DNA of 62,488 bases, the filler included, from Chiloscyllium plagiosum (lineage: Eukaryota), in the NCBI RefSeq assembly GCF_004010195.1. It is 3 parts of one record of this genome, joined end to end, with 100 filler letters (N's around TTAATTAATTAA, not from the genome) between each part and the next. Parts side by side here need not be neighbours in the genome. Positions count along the whole stretch, not along the records: positions 1 to 20,084 come from NC_057713.1; positions 20,185 to 42,063 come from NC_057713.1; 1 more part is not named here. One strand, written 5' to 3'. Under the pieces are notes generated by a model, which saw only the letters and a program-made list of their open reading frames with translations, had not been told where the DNA came from and made no database searches. The translations under genes were made by a program, and so were the position numbers. Each line of letters starts with the position of its first letter. The first letter of the stretch is position 1. Below, one piece after another: positions 11,221 through 24,003 of this stretch.

Positions 11221-13164
11221 AACTTGGCTCTCTCACTTACTAGCCCAGCTCCATATTTCTTCCTGCAACTTTCTATCAGGCTGAAGAAGACCTATGTCCC
11301 GTTTGACCCCGAGTGAACATTCTATTTTCATACTTAGTGCGTCAAAAAGACACCAATGCCTGCTTCGGTGCCATCACCCATCCTCAGCCCTTGCGACAGA
11401 ACACCTGCTGAAGCCCTCATCCATACACTGGTCATGGTCAGACCCCACTGCGTTCTGGATCCACTGGCAAGCCTTCCCAGGTGCGCACTATCCCAAAGTT
11501 CTGCTACTCAGTTGGAGCACCAAATCCACTTCACCACCACGTTTCCTCTTGAAGACAAACACCTTTTCATCAAAAGATCCATCAAACCTGTTCCCCCTCC
11601 CCCCCCCCCCCACCCCCGACCCATCACCACCACTATTTTCAACCATCACTACCTTCCTAACTGGCACAATTAAATCCTTATATAGTCTTATCTCTCAATG
11701 TAGCTGCGATCTTCTCCATCCTTATAACCTTTCAATTCTAACAGCTTGCTCACACCTCTCTTTCACCAGCGGCCGTGCCTTCAGTAGCTTGGGAGCACAG
11801 CTTTAGAGTTTGTTTCTGAGGCTGCATTTGATACATTCTTAATTGACAAGCGAGTCAAAGGTTGTAGAGGTAGACAGGAAATTACAGTTGATATCAAATC
11901 CTAACCCTAACTCTAACACAAACCCTTTCTAAAACAGAGAATAGAGAATAACAGAGAATCACAGCAATTCTGGCAGCATCTGTGGAGACAGCAATGGAGA
12001 TAACGTTTCGAGGTCTTGGTATGACTCTTTTAGAATTCCTCTTCACAGATTTGGGAAAATCAGTGCATCACCATTAAATACCAAGTATCATGACTTTCAG
12101 TGGCTCAGTCACATTCCAATGGGCAGGTTTCCCATCTCCTGCCATTCCTGTCCCTAACTAAACAGAGGTCAGGATTCCCACCAGCGGGACGATTGCAGAC
12201 AATTCCATTAAATAAATGGTTTGGATTTGCCCTGATACTTCATCTGGTGCCTAAACAATGATTTATAAAGGTTCTTCAATAATGAGGAGCTTTTAAGACA
12301 AGCTTTCAATCACAGAATGTACTAATTCTAAAACGGAGCCAGCCATCTTCTGACTTTAATTATTTAAAGTAATATATCAACAAATTCCAGGTTGGCAATT
12401 TATTTCTACTTAATGATTTCTTGCCAAAGGTATATATGTTATTAAATTTGGATCATCAATTGAGAAATGGTTGGTTTTGCAGACTTAGCTCTCCCTCTAG
12501 ATGTTTCTGTACTGAAATGATGGAAGAGACACAGTTAAACTAAAAACCAGTATCATTCTGGGAACACAGTCAGAATAATATCATAAAAATGATAGCTGCT
12601 ACCTCTGTGATACTTACATGGTTATGATACATGGTTAAGTGATTCAAATCTTCTACTTGGTAAGTGATCTGAGGGTTTATTTTATCCTGTCCAAATAATG
12701 CAGATTTGATTCTCTAACGTCAATTGATTCTTTTAAATAAAAGCTACAAACATTAGTGTGCTTATATCTATAAGCAGAGGTATATGCTTTGAAGAGGGTT
12801 ATACTCTGTCATTGTTAATTGTTTCAAGGGATTTGGATGTCAATGGCTAGGCCACCATTTATTACCTATCTCTGAATGCTCTTGGCTTGCTAGGTCTCTT
12901 CAGAGGACAACTGAGAGTCAAGCACATTGCCGTGCGTCTGGAGTCACACGTAGGTCAAACTGGGTAAGGATGGCAGATTTCCATCTCTGAAGGACATTAA
13001 GGAACCCGATGGGTCCATGCAAAAATCGATGATCATTGTATCGTCACCAACAGTGAAGCTAGCTTTACATTCCCGATTTTACAAACTGAATCTAAATGCC
13101 ACCAGCTGCTGTGATGGGATTTGACCCACAATTCTCAGAGTATTAGTCTGGGGCCCCTAGGTTT

Positions 13165-13505
13165 TGGGGAGGTCATGCTGCAGTGGTGAAGTCTTTGGAC
13201 TAGTAAACCAGAACTCCCAGGCTAAAGATTTTCAGAGCATGGATTTGAATCCTACTATGGCAGATGGTAGCATTTGAATTCTGTAGAAAGATAGCCAATG
13301 GCAACTATGTAACCACTGTCAATTATAAAAACCCATTTGGTTCACTCATGCCCTTTGGAAGTGAATCTGTGATTTTAACTGGCCTGGACTACATGAGACT
13401 TCAGACCCACTGCAATGAGGTTGACTCTTAACTACCCTCAGGGCAATTAGACATGGGCAGTAAATGCTGGCCGGACTACTGATACTCGTGAAAGAATTAA
13501 AAAAG
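13165..13505 (+). mobile_element. tRNA-headed SINE-like element (same family)
   Basis: Same head, body and tail; further copies near 10475-10810(-), 12830-13160(-), 15215-15520(-), 24540-24810(+), 49310-49975(+). Confidence 0.7.
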
Positions 13506-14394
13506 TCATTCAGAGATGTCATCACCCCCTCCTCAGCATCTCTACCTCTTACTGAAGATGTTCACTGCTTGGTATCTTGAATGGTAAGAATCTTGCTATC
13601 GATTAACCAAAGCCTAATGCTCTCCAGGTCTTGCTGTGTGCAGTCACAAATCATTTCAGGATCTGTCCAATAATATCTGGGGAGGTGTGAATGATACTCC
13701 ACACTATACAACCAGCAGCAATCATCCTCATCTCTGACTTTATAGTACAGAGAACCTCTCTTCTCTATCTTCCACAGCCCTCGTAATGAATGTGAGTTCC
13801 TTTGAAGATGGCTGACTGAACTCTCCAGATTCTCTTGAAAATGTAGCTGACTTGCTCTGACAAATTCCCTGCTGATCTTGATGCTTTTCCTCGATGGATG
13901 ATTAATGATCTGAATATTGAATAGCAGTAACCCCCCTCCCACTGGGCAGTGCAAGTTTCAGCTGAAACAAGACTTTCTTTCCCCTTGTTAATAATAAAGA
14001 CTATTCAAAAAATAAGTTCAATACTCTACCAAGAATGGCACCAGTGAAGTCTATCATTGTTGAAATAATCTGGAGAATTCACTGTGGGATGATGAAATAA
14101 TAAAATATATCAGAATACACGAGCCAATGTATTAGCCTGCTTGAAGTTTTAAGGAAATTAATGTTTTGCAGATCTTTTTAAAAATTGGTATAATCTTGTA
14201 AATTAGCATTTATAAATTGGAGCTTTGATTGACTGAAAATTATAACATTGAAGGTACAGCCAGCATAGGAGCAGAGACAGAACCCTGTTGGAATATCTTA
14301 ACAGGTCACAAAAATTAGTTTTGAAGAGGTGTCACTACAGTGGCCAGTGCCCCAGGATAATACTGTAGGAAAAAGGAGTTAAATCCCAACATGG

Positions 14395-14587
14395 AGAAAG
14401 TGAGGACTGTAGATGCTGGAGGTCAGAGCTGAAAAATGTTTTGCTGGAAAAGCGCAGCAGGTCAGGCAGCATCCAAGGTGCAGGAGAATCAACATTTCGG
14501 GCATAAGCTTATGCCCGAAACATCGATTCTCCTGCTCCTTGGATGCTGCCTAACCTGCTGCGCTTTTCCAGCAACACATTTTTCAGC
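14395..14587. mobile_element. Palindromic Penelope-derived insert, 18-bp TSD AGTTAAATCCCAACATGG
   Basis: Inverted arms centred on GGGCATAAGCTTATGCCC; TSD at 14377-14394 and 14588-14605. Confidence 0.85.
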
Positions 14588-16374
14588 AGTTAAATCCCAA
14601 CATGGCAGATGGTGAAAACTGAATTAAATTTTAAAAACTGCTATAAAATACATAGTTACACAGTGGGAATGTAGCCACTGTTGATTATTGTAAAAACCCA
14701 TCCAGTTCATGAATGTCCTTTTATGGAGGGAAATCTGCCATCCTTACCTGGTCTGGCCTACATGTGACTCCAGACCTACAGCAATGTGGTTGACTCTTAA
14801 CTGCCCTCTGGACTGGCCCGAGCAAGACATTCAGTTGTAACAAACCACAACAAGGTCTGACAAAAAGGATGAGCCTCCTGATATGGCCCAAGGCACCGCA
14901 AAAACACTGACAAACAGAGCCTTCTTCGCTGGTATCTAGGAGCTTGTGGGAGAGCCGTCCCACAGGTCAGTCAAGAAACACTCCAGGTTGAACCGTGCGG
15001 CTAGAGTGGTGGCATCATGTCAATTCGAGATCCCATCACTCCAACATCAGTGAGGTTTACTGAGGAAAACTCATCGAGACCGAGGAGAACATGAACTGAC
15101 AGCTGTCTGACATGACTGTCACCTCCCGGTATGGGCACGTGGCTCAGCTGGAGTAGGCCTCCAATTTCCTGATTCTACCAGAAATGCTAACACACATTGC
15201 CTTTTCTTTTGTTTTAGTCACTCATTGAATGAGGGCTTCACTGGACATGGCAGCATTTACTGCCCATCCCTAATTGCCCAAAAGGCAGTTAAGAGTTGGT
15301 CACATTGCTGCTGGTCTAGAGTCACATGTAGGCCAGACCAGATATGGATGACAGTTTCCTTCCCGAAAGGACAGTTAGTGAACCAAATGGGCTTTTCCAA
15401 CAATCGGCAATGGAATCATGATCATCATTAGATTCTTGATTCCAGATTTTTATTGAATTCAAATTGCACCATCTGCCATGGCAGGATTTGAACCTGGGTC
15501 TCAGGATTAGGGGTCTATCATTAATATCAATAGAACATCAGCTCTCCAGCTCAGCCTGAGCTCCTCACCTTGGTGTCCTATTTTCTTCAATTTTTTTATC
15601 AATGAGCTTCCATCCATTATAAAGTCACAAGTGGAATATTCACTAATATTACACAATCTTCAGAACAATTTGCCATTCCTCAGATACTGAAGTAGTCCTT
15701 GACCATTGACTCAGACAACATTCAGGCTTAGACTCAGAAGCAGCAAGTAACATTCATGCCACACAACTGCCTGACAATGGCCATCTCTGAAAAAGGAGAA
15801 TCCAACCATCACCCCCAGCATTGAAGAACATTTCCATCACAAAATCCCCACTTTCATTAGGGCTGGGAGTCATCATTAACCAGTGAACCGAGGTTAGCCA
15901 ATACTTGGGCTACAAGAGTGGGTCAGAGGCTCAGGATTCTATTGTGAGGAACTCAATTCCTGACTCTTTGAATCCTGCCCACCATCTACTGGCTACAGGT
16001 CAGGAGCATGATAGAATTCTTTCCAGTCGCTTCAACAACATTCAAGGTATTCGACACTATCTAGGACAAAACAATCTGCTTAATTGGCGTCCCACCTACA
16101 ACCTTCCCTTTACCATCAACACAGAATGGCAACAGTGTATAATATCTAGAAGGTGCACTGCATCAACTCACCAAGGCTCACTTGACAGCATCTTCCAACT
16201 CACGACTTCTGCCATCTCTTCGAATTGGGTCTGTTAATTAACTCCAATTTAACCAATGGTATCATTGTATCCAGCCTCAAATATTGCTCCTCCATTCCAT
16301 GCCATTTAAATCTTCCCTTGCCAGTCCTCCCATAAATCCACCCTATCCCTCCACGAAACAGACCAGTGTAGTTT

Positions 16375-16660
16375 CCATAAGACATAGGAGTGGAAGCAAG
16401 GCCTTTCGGCCCATTGAGTCCATTGCACCATTCAATCATGGCTGATGGGCGTTTCAATTCCATTTACCCACATTCTCCTCATAGCCCTTAATTCCTTGCG
16501 AGATCAAGAATTTATCAATCTCTGCCTTGAAGGCACCCAACATCCTGGTCTCCACCGGACTCCGTGGCAATGAATTCCACAGGCCCACCACTCTCTGGCT
16601 GAAGAAATCTCTCCACATTTCCATTCTAAATTGACCCCCTCCAATTTTAAACCATTTGTA
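16375..16660 (-). mobile_element. CR1-clade LINE 3' fragment
   Basis: Minus strand translates RDFFSQRVVGLWNSLP...FKAEIDKFLISQGIKGY. Confidence 0.85.
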
Positions 16661-17692
16661 AGCCATGATTGAAGGTCTTGATGCAGAGAGAGAAAAATCA
16701 AGATGCCTTTGTTGGTGGGCTCCACCTACCTTCTAATGTTTTCATTCTCTGCCAAATGACCCCAGTTCCTCTACCTGTCCTGTCTACCACCAAACATTGA
16801 CAGCTAACCATGCATTATCGGCTCCAGCCTCCCACATAACATTTTATTTTCCACCTGCAGCAGGGTTGCAGACATCTGCTTTATTCTGACTCATCAACAC
16901 TGTCTAGACTGTCACAACCTGCCTAGTATTACAATTCATATGCTTCGTGATGTTTTATTAAGAGGCTGAGTTATAGTCGTAGAGTCACACAATACAGAAA
17001 CAGACTCTTTGGTCCAACCAGTCTATACTCTCAAATTAAACTAGTCCCACTTGCCTGCACTTGGTCCATATCCTTCCAAACATTTCTTATTCATGTTCCT
17101 ATCTTTTAAATGTTTGCGATTAATAACATCCATCAATATTGACCAGTGAATAACACCAGTTTAAATGACTGAAAACAACTTTAACAAACTACACAGGACA
17201 TGTTGCTGGGTCTACATACTAGGCAGTTCCTTAGCAAATGAAAATAAAATTCAAGGACTTTTAACATATTGGCTGCCTGGCTTTCTGCTCAATTTTTATT
17301 TAAACTAAAGCGAAAAATGGTCTGAAGCTCAATTTAAGTTGGACTTAATTTGCACTAAAAATGCTGTGACCTTTTGTGTGGATGAGGTTCAAGTCGTTCA
17401 GAGCTAAAGAAGCTAGCTCTCTCCACAGCTGTTGCCAGGCCTGTTGAGTTTCTCCAGTGATTTCTGATTTAATTTCAGATCTCCAGCATCCGCAGTATTA
17501 TGGTTTTGTGCTGATTTTGAGTGAGTAGAAATGTCAGGCAGTAACATTTGTGAAGAGCAACCACAATATGAATGGAAGCCAACGTGTATGAATATATTCT
17601 AATCTACTGCTTCACCTTACCAAGCAGGACAATATCACAGTGAGAGTTTGATGTATAGTTTGCTTTGATGAAAAAACAATATAGTTCCTTAC

Positions 17693-17860
17693 TGCGAGAG
17701 AAGTGAGGTGGGTTGTCATTGACATCGCTCAGAGTAACAGTGATTGATGTCGTCCCAGACAAGCCTCCCATCTGTCCAACCATGTCTTTAGCTTGTATAA
17801 CCAGTAGGTAGCGATCCTTAACCTCTCGGTCCATGTTCGGCAGAGCTGTTCTGATGATTC
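17693..17860 (-). CDS. CDH7: Type II classical cadherin internal exon (168 bp, second half of EC2): (G)[55 protein letters not shown]
   Basis: DRE, AKD and DVNDNPP calcium-binding motifs; tatttcag acceptor, GTAAGG donor. [13 protein letters not shown] fits CDH7 better than other type II paralogues as I recall them; the paralogue call is less certain than the cadherin call. Confidence 0.85.
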
Positions 17861-19722
17861 CTGAAATACATATCCGAAAAGATCAGTTGTAGGGCTCCAT
17901 GTGTCTGAAACATGACTGGCATACAAATTCATTTCTTCCAGCATGCATTTATTGAGTGGTCACGCTGTTCAAGAACAGCTTCCAAGGTCTGATTTAATAC
18001 ATCCACAACCTCACTGATGGCTTAAAGTTGTTAATAATTTACTACTGTCTGTGCAGCAGAATTCACAGTCATGCAGTGCATCAAGCCTGTCCTTTGTAGA
18101 GCTATCCAATTAGTGCCACTCCCCAGCTCTGTAACCACAGCCATAAGAAAAACCTCCACTTCAAGCAAATATCTTACTCTCTTTTTGAAAATTATCCCTG
18201 AGTCTGCTCTTGCTCTCTTTCAGGCACAGACCGTGACAAATTTGCTGTGTTAAAAAAAACAACTTTTCCTTTTCTCCTGTATCCTCTCATAACCAAATCT
18301 CCTGCTACTAGAAGAGGTTTCTGCATCTTCACTCCAACAAGACCTTCCATAATTCTTTTGGTGAACGCAACCCAGTAAATTACACAAGGCTACCTTCATC
18401 TGTTAGCTGAGAGTGAGGACTGCAGGTCAGCCAGCAGCCGTGGAGCAACAGAGTTGACATTTCAGGCACAACCCTTCTCATTATGCCTAAAACGTTGACT
18501 CTCTTGCTCCTCGGAGGCTGCCTGATCTGCTGTGCTTTTTCCAGCACCCATGCTTTATCAACATTCATTCATTGATTCCATCTACTGCCATGGGAAAGCA
18601 ACCAACATAATTGAAGAGGGTAAAGTGAGGATTGCAGATGCTGGAGTTCAGTGTTGAGAGTGTGGGACTGGAAAAGCTTGATGAAGGGCTTATACCCAAA
18701 ACGATGCTGCCTGACCTGCTGTGCTTTTCCAGCACCACACTTTCGAACAGAATCAAAGACTCCTCACACCCTAATCTCCTCCATCCTCTTCCATCTGGAA
18801 GAAGATATCAAAGTTTGAATACACATACGAACATATTTAAGAACAGTTCCTTCCCTGGTGTTATCAGACTTTTGAAAGGACCTCTCAAATGTTAACTCTG
18901 ATCTCTCTCTCTCTCTCTCTGTACCTTCTCTGTGGCTGTAATACTGTATTCTGCACTCTTTTCTGTTACCCTGAGGCACTTTACATGGTATGATCTGCCT
19001 GTAGAGCACTGAAAGCAATGCTTTTTACTGCATCTCAGAACACAGTACAACAATAAGTCAATCAATTGATCAATCCTGACTTGAAATTCTCTGCCTTAAG
19101 AAGGCCAACCCGAGCTTTTCTCATCTGACCACGCTGGGCAAACAAAAACTTATGAGAACTGTAGATACCGGAAATCAGAAACAAAAAAACAGAAATTGCT
19201 GGAAAAACACAGCATGTCTGGCAGCATGTGGACAGAAATTAAAGTTAATGTTTCAGGTCCAGTGACCTTTCTTTAGAACCCTCCCTTTATTCTCAAAGCC
19301 TTTAAGAAGGCCATAACGTTCTTCTTAAAGTGCAGTCTTTAAAATTAGACACAAATTCAGCTCAGGTCAAACAAATAGAGATGTGCAAAGGTTTAGCAGA
19401 GCTTCTTTGTCTTTGCATGTTGTGCCTGTAGTTACAACATTAAGGGTCCCAGATGGAAACAGAAAGTGCTGAAGAAACTCAACAAGTTTGGCAGCATCTG
19501 CGGAGAGAGAAAAACAGAGAAACAGAGTTAACATACCAAGACCAATAAGGCTGGAAACAGTTTTTACACTGTTGCCAAAATTAAAAGAGGGGGAGGTGGA
19601 ACAGATGATGAGTAAGCACTGAGCAAAAGCCATAAGGAATGCTGAGTGCAATAAAGGAGTGACAAAGGTGAAAAATAGATCTTAAAGATGGGAGTGAATT
19701 CTGATATACAGGGCAGCTGTAT

Positions 19723-20084
19723 TGAGAGCTGAAAATGTGTTGCTGGAAAAGCGCAGCAGGTCAGGCAGCATCCAGGGAACAGGAGAATCAACGTTTCGGG
19801 CATAAGCCCTTCTTCAGGAATGAGGGAAAGTTTGTCCAGCAGGCTAAGGTAAAAGGTAGGGAGGAGGGACTTGGGGGAGGGGCGTCGGAAATGTGATAGG
19901 TGGAAAGAGGTCAAGGTGAGGGTGATAGGTCAGACTGGGGTGGGGGCGGAGAGGTCGGGAAGAAGATCTCAGGTTAGGAAGGCGGTGCTGAATTTGATGG
20001 ATTTGACTGAGACAGGCTGGGGGGAGGGGAAATTAGGAAACTGGTGAAATCCGAGTTCATCCCTTGTGGTTGGAGGGTTCCTAG
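19723..20084 (-). mobile_element. Young Penelope-like element terminal region, truncated by the contig end
   Basis: Same terminal repeat as the palindromic inserts, continuing into a purine-rich segment; near-identical to 41700-42063. Confidence 0.8.
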
Positions 20085-20184
20085 NNNNNNNNNNNNNNNN
20101 NNNNNNNNNNNNNNNNNNNNNNNNNNNNTTAATTAATTAANNNNNNNNNNNNNNNNNNNNNNNNNNNNNNNNNNNNNNNNNNNN
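20085..20184. other. Artificial contig linker N44-TTAATTAATTAA-N44
   Basis: Exactly 100 bp; the 12-mer places stop codons in all six frames; identical to the second gap. Confidence 0.95.
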
Positions 20185-20584
20185 GAGGTCAGGCTCACTG
20201 GTCTATAGTTCCCTGGCTTATCCTTACCACCCTTCTTAAACAGTGGCACCACGTTTGCCAACCTCCAGTCTTTCGGCACCTCCCGTGTGATTATCGATAA
20301 TACAAATATCTCAGCAAGAGGCCATGAGGAAACTGGTGAAATCCACAGACAGGATATTGCCCAAGGAACGTCTGATTAGTACCTGGCTGAGATTTTTATT
20401 ATTATTATTCACTGTGGGGGTCCATCCCTAATTCCCCTTTAGAGACTAATGATGAGCTGCCTTTTTGACCCACTTCAGATCACAGGATGTACATACACCC
20501 ACTGCACTGTTTGGGATAGAATTTCAGGATTCTGGCACAATGACAATGTAAGAACAGTGTTACAGTTCCGAGTCAGAATGGTTT

Positions 20585-21150
20585 AGAATCAGAAAATCCC
20601 TACAGTGTGAAAGCAGGCCATTTGCCTATTACCTCTGGACTGACCCTCCAAAGTGCATCCCTTCCAGACTCAACCCCGCTTCCCCCCCTGCTATTCTATC
20701 CCTGTAACCCTGTCTTTGTCTTAGCTAACCCACCCAGCATACACAACCTTAAACACTATGGCTTAAAAATATGTTGCTGGAAAAGTGCAGCAGGTCAGGC
20801 AGCATCAAAGGAAAGGGAGAATCGACGTTTCGGGCATAAGCCCTTCTTCCTGAAGAAGGGCTTATGCCAGAAACGTTGATTCTCCTGTTCCTTTGATGCT
20901 GCCTGACCTGCTGCGCTTTTCCAGCAACACATTTTTAAACCCCCTTAAACACTATGGGACAATTTAGCATGAGCAATCTACCTAACCTGCACATTTTTGG
21001 ATGGTGAGGAGAAACCAGAGCACCCAAAGGAAACCCACCCAGACACCGGGAGAACATGTAAACTCCACACAGACAGTGGCCTGAGGCTGGAATTGAACCC
21101 AGGTCCATGGTGCTGTGAGGCAGCAGTGCTAACCACTGAGTCACTGTGCT
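20585..21150 (-). mobile_element. HE1 V-SINE containing a palindromic Penelope-derived insert (20762-20942, TSD CCTTAAACACTATGG)
   Basis: HE1 head near 21100-21150 and tail near 20585-20620; TSD at 20747-20761 and 20943-20957. Confidence 0.85.
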
Positions 21151-21214
21151 GCTCCTGAGGGGAGAGAAGCTTGTAGGTGGTGGTGGTGTTACTATGAATC
21201 TGCAATCCTTTTTA

Positions 21215-22150
21215 TTCAAAAAGGGGAGAGCGAGAGAGACAAAACAAAGGCTTAAGTATAGGCCAGTTAGCTTAACATATGTCACTGGAAAAAAGTTACA
21301 GCTATTATACAGAATGCAATAGCAGACCCTTTAAAGCTACAGAATATAATCAAACAGAGTCAGCCTGACTTCACGAAAGAGTAATCATGCTCAACAAATT
21401 CATTAGAGTTCTTTGAGGAGTTAACAAGCAGAACAGATAAAAGGGAAGCTGTACATTGTCACATATTTGAATTTTCGCATTTGATAAGGTACCACACATA
21501 AGGCAACTTAGTAAGATAAGAGCCCATGGTGCTGGAGGAAGTATATTAGCATGAATAGAGAGCTGGCTAACTAATGGAGGACAAGGAGTTGGGATAAAGA
21601 GAACATTTTCAGGATGACAGGCTGTAATTATAAAGGAGTACCACAGGGACCGTTGCTGGGGCCACAAATATTGACGATATATGCTAATGACTTGGATGAG
21701 TGAAATGAATGTATTAAAGGTAAGTTTGCAGATGACATAAAAATACATGTGAGGGCTAACTCTACAGAGGGATACACAGGTTAGGTGAGTGGGTAAAAAC
21801 TTAGCAGGTAGAATATAATGTGGGAAAGTGCAAACTAATATACTTTGGCAGGGAGAATAGAGGTGCTGAAAATGATGTGAATGGGGAAAGACTGGATAGC
21901 TGAAGCTCAGAGAGATTTGGGAGTCTACATGCATGAATTACAAAGAGCTAGCATCCAGGTTCAGTAGGTAATAGGGAAGGAAAACAGGATGTTTCCCTGA
22001 TTTTTAATGGGAATAGAGCATAAAGATAGGGAGATATTGCTACAACTATACAAGGCATTAGTCAGATCACAGCTGGAATACTGCGAACAGTTTTAGTTCC
22101 CTTATCTAAGGACTGGCATTGGGGGTAGTTCAGTGAAGGTTCACTAGAAA
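21215..22150 (+). mobile_element. Decayed CR1-clade LINE RT fragment
   Basis: YRPVSL, EFFEE, AFDKVPH, GVPQG..LGP, KFADD remnants. Confidence 0.8.
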
Positions 22151-23484
22151 CTTTCACTATGGTGGGGAGGCAGTGGCATAGTTATAATGTCACTAGCCCT
22201 AGTGGAAGTCTCTGATTACCCTTCTCAACTTTCAGACAAGCAACTGCATTCTGTCTGGTAATTTCTGAAACAAAAAAAAAATCAGGATTATCTGCAAGGT
22301 GTTAACATGTAATGTTTTTGGATCATTCTTACTCTAAATCTGTTGGCCCTTTATTCTTCTTCAATAAGTGTTAGAAGCAGAGTTCTTGAATATTTCTAAT
22401 GTCAGAATCATTGGGGACATTTGGACATGCACATGGATAGCAGTGAGTTGAGGGATGCTTAGGTTAAGTGACTATATTTTACAATAGGATTAAATCTCAG
22501 CACAACATCGTGGGCTAAGGGCCTGTTCTGTGCTGTACTTTTCTATGTTCTATGTTCAAACTAAGAGATCAACTGGGGAGGGGTAGGGAGCATTGAAAGG
22601 TGTCAGAGGTAACCAAAGAATGAGGACTAATCGCCTCAGCCATGATTTTATTGAATGACTACACGAGTTTGATGGGCTGAATGGTCAACTCCTGTTCCTC
22701 AAGTTTATATTCACATGGAAGTCAATGACATTGACACTTTGATTTATAGGTCATCAATGCTGTCTGAAGTTGGCAAGCCTCATTTGAAATGTGGTTGGAT
22801 TTTTCATCTAATCTCCATCAAAGTGGGATAGAATGTTTTGTAAACTGAAAGGAATTTAATAAAACTCATCACTCATCGGTTGGCTGCATTTAATATGAGA
22901 CTTCCACTCAGGTGTCAAGCCAGTAGTTGTTCGAGTGTGAGGAATGCACCAACAGACAAGCTCCCCAATTAAGCAACTCTCAAAGACTGAACTTCTGACA
23001 ACTAATGGTCTTCTTATTAAAGCTATCATTCTCACAGTAATAACTTACTTCTGACTAACTGCACTTTAATGTTCTCCAGAATATCGATGCTAACTGTGGG
23101 ATCCTTCACTGATGCTTTCTGAGTTATGGCAGAATCCAGTCTCTCAAGCTAGTTGTTTTAAAATTTCAACTCCAACACAATCATTTACTTGAGCTTTTAT
23201 TAATACAGTAACACAGCTTCTCCAAATCGTGTTTCGACTCAGGCTGGGGAAGTTCACTATCAGTCTGGAACCACAAGCCACAGGTGAGTATATAAAATAA
23301 AGGTATATCCCCCACTATACCCCAGAGATCACCAGTTAAATACCTTATCTGTAACAGGTTTTAAACAATATGTTTGATTAACCAGGGAGTTTCTCTAACA
23401 GATGCAACTATTGTTTTATCATGCAAACAAATGATGTCATGCCTCACTGAGATCATGCATTGGAAAGCAAGCCTGGCTACTTAA

Positions 23485-23930
23485 GAGTCATACAGTTGTA
23501 CAGCACAGAAACAGACCCTTCAGTCCAAACTCATCCATGCTGACCAGATATCCTAAATTAACGTGGTCCCATTTACCAGCATTTTATGATTAGATTACAT
23601 TACCTACAGTGTGGAAACAGGCCCTTCGGCCCAACAAGTCCACACTGACCCTCCGAAGAGTAACCCACCCGCACCCATTTCCCTCTAACAAATGCCAAAT
23701 CCCTCCAAACCCTTCCTATTCATATACCCATCCAGATGCCTCTTAAATGTCTTCAATACTGTTGTTTGTTATAGAAGGTAACGGTTCTGGAAGAGTTAAT
23801 GTTCCAGATGCCTCTGAAATGTTGTAATTGTACCAGCCTCCACCATTTCCTCTGGCAGCTCATTCCATATTCACACCACCCTCTGTGTGAAAACATTGCC
23901 CCTTAGGTCCCTTTTAAATCTTTCCTCAGG
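23485..23930 (-). mobile_element. HER1-like LINE 3' fragment with nested HE1 tail fragment and templated insertion
   Basis: Reverse complement of the 1-270 type tail; HE1 tail at about 23590-23690. Confidence 0.75.
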
Positions 23931-23972
23931 ATCAAATATATTCGCCTTACCCATGTCATATTTTCAGATACC

Positions 23973-24003
23973 ACCATCATCATCATCATCACATCATCAT
24001 CAT
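23973..24003. repeat. (CAT)n microsatellite, imperfect
   Basis: Direct inspection. Confidence 0.85.

Noticed and set aside
11294..11806. 170-aa ORF
   Set aside because: Proline/serine-rich read-through of decayed repeat-like sequence and a poly-C run; no domain or splice support.
20129..20140. TTAATTAATTAA palindrome within N-runs (also 42108-42119)
   Set aside because: Six-frame stop linker added during contig concatenation; not biological.
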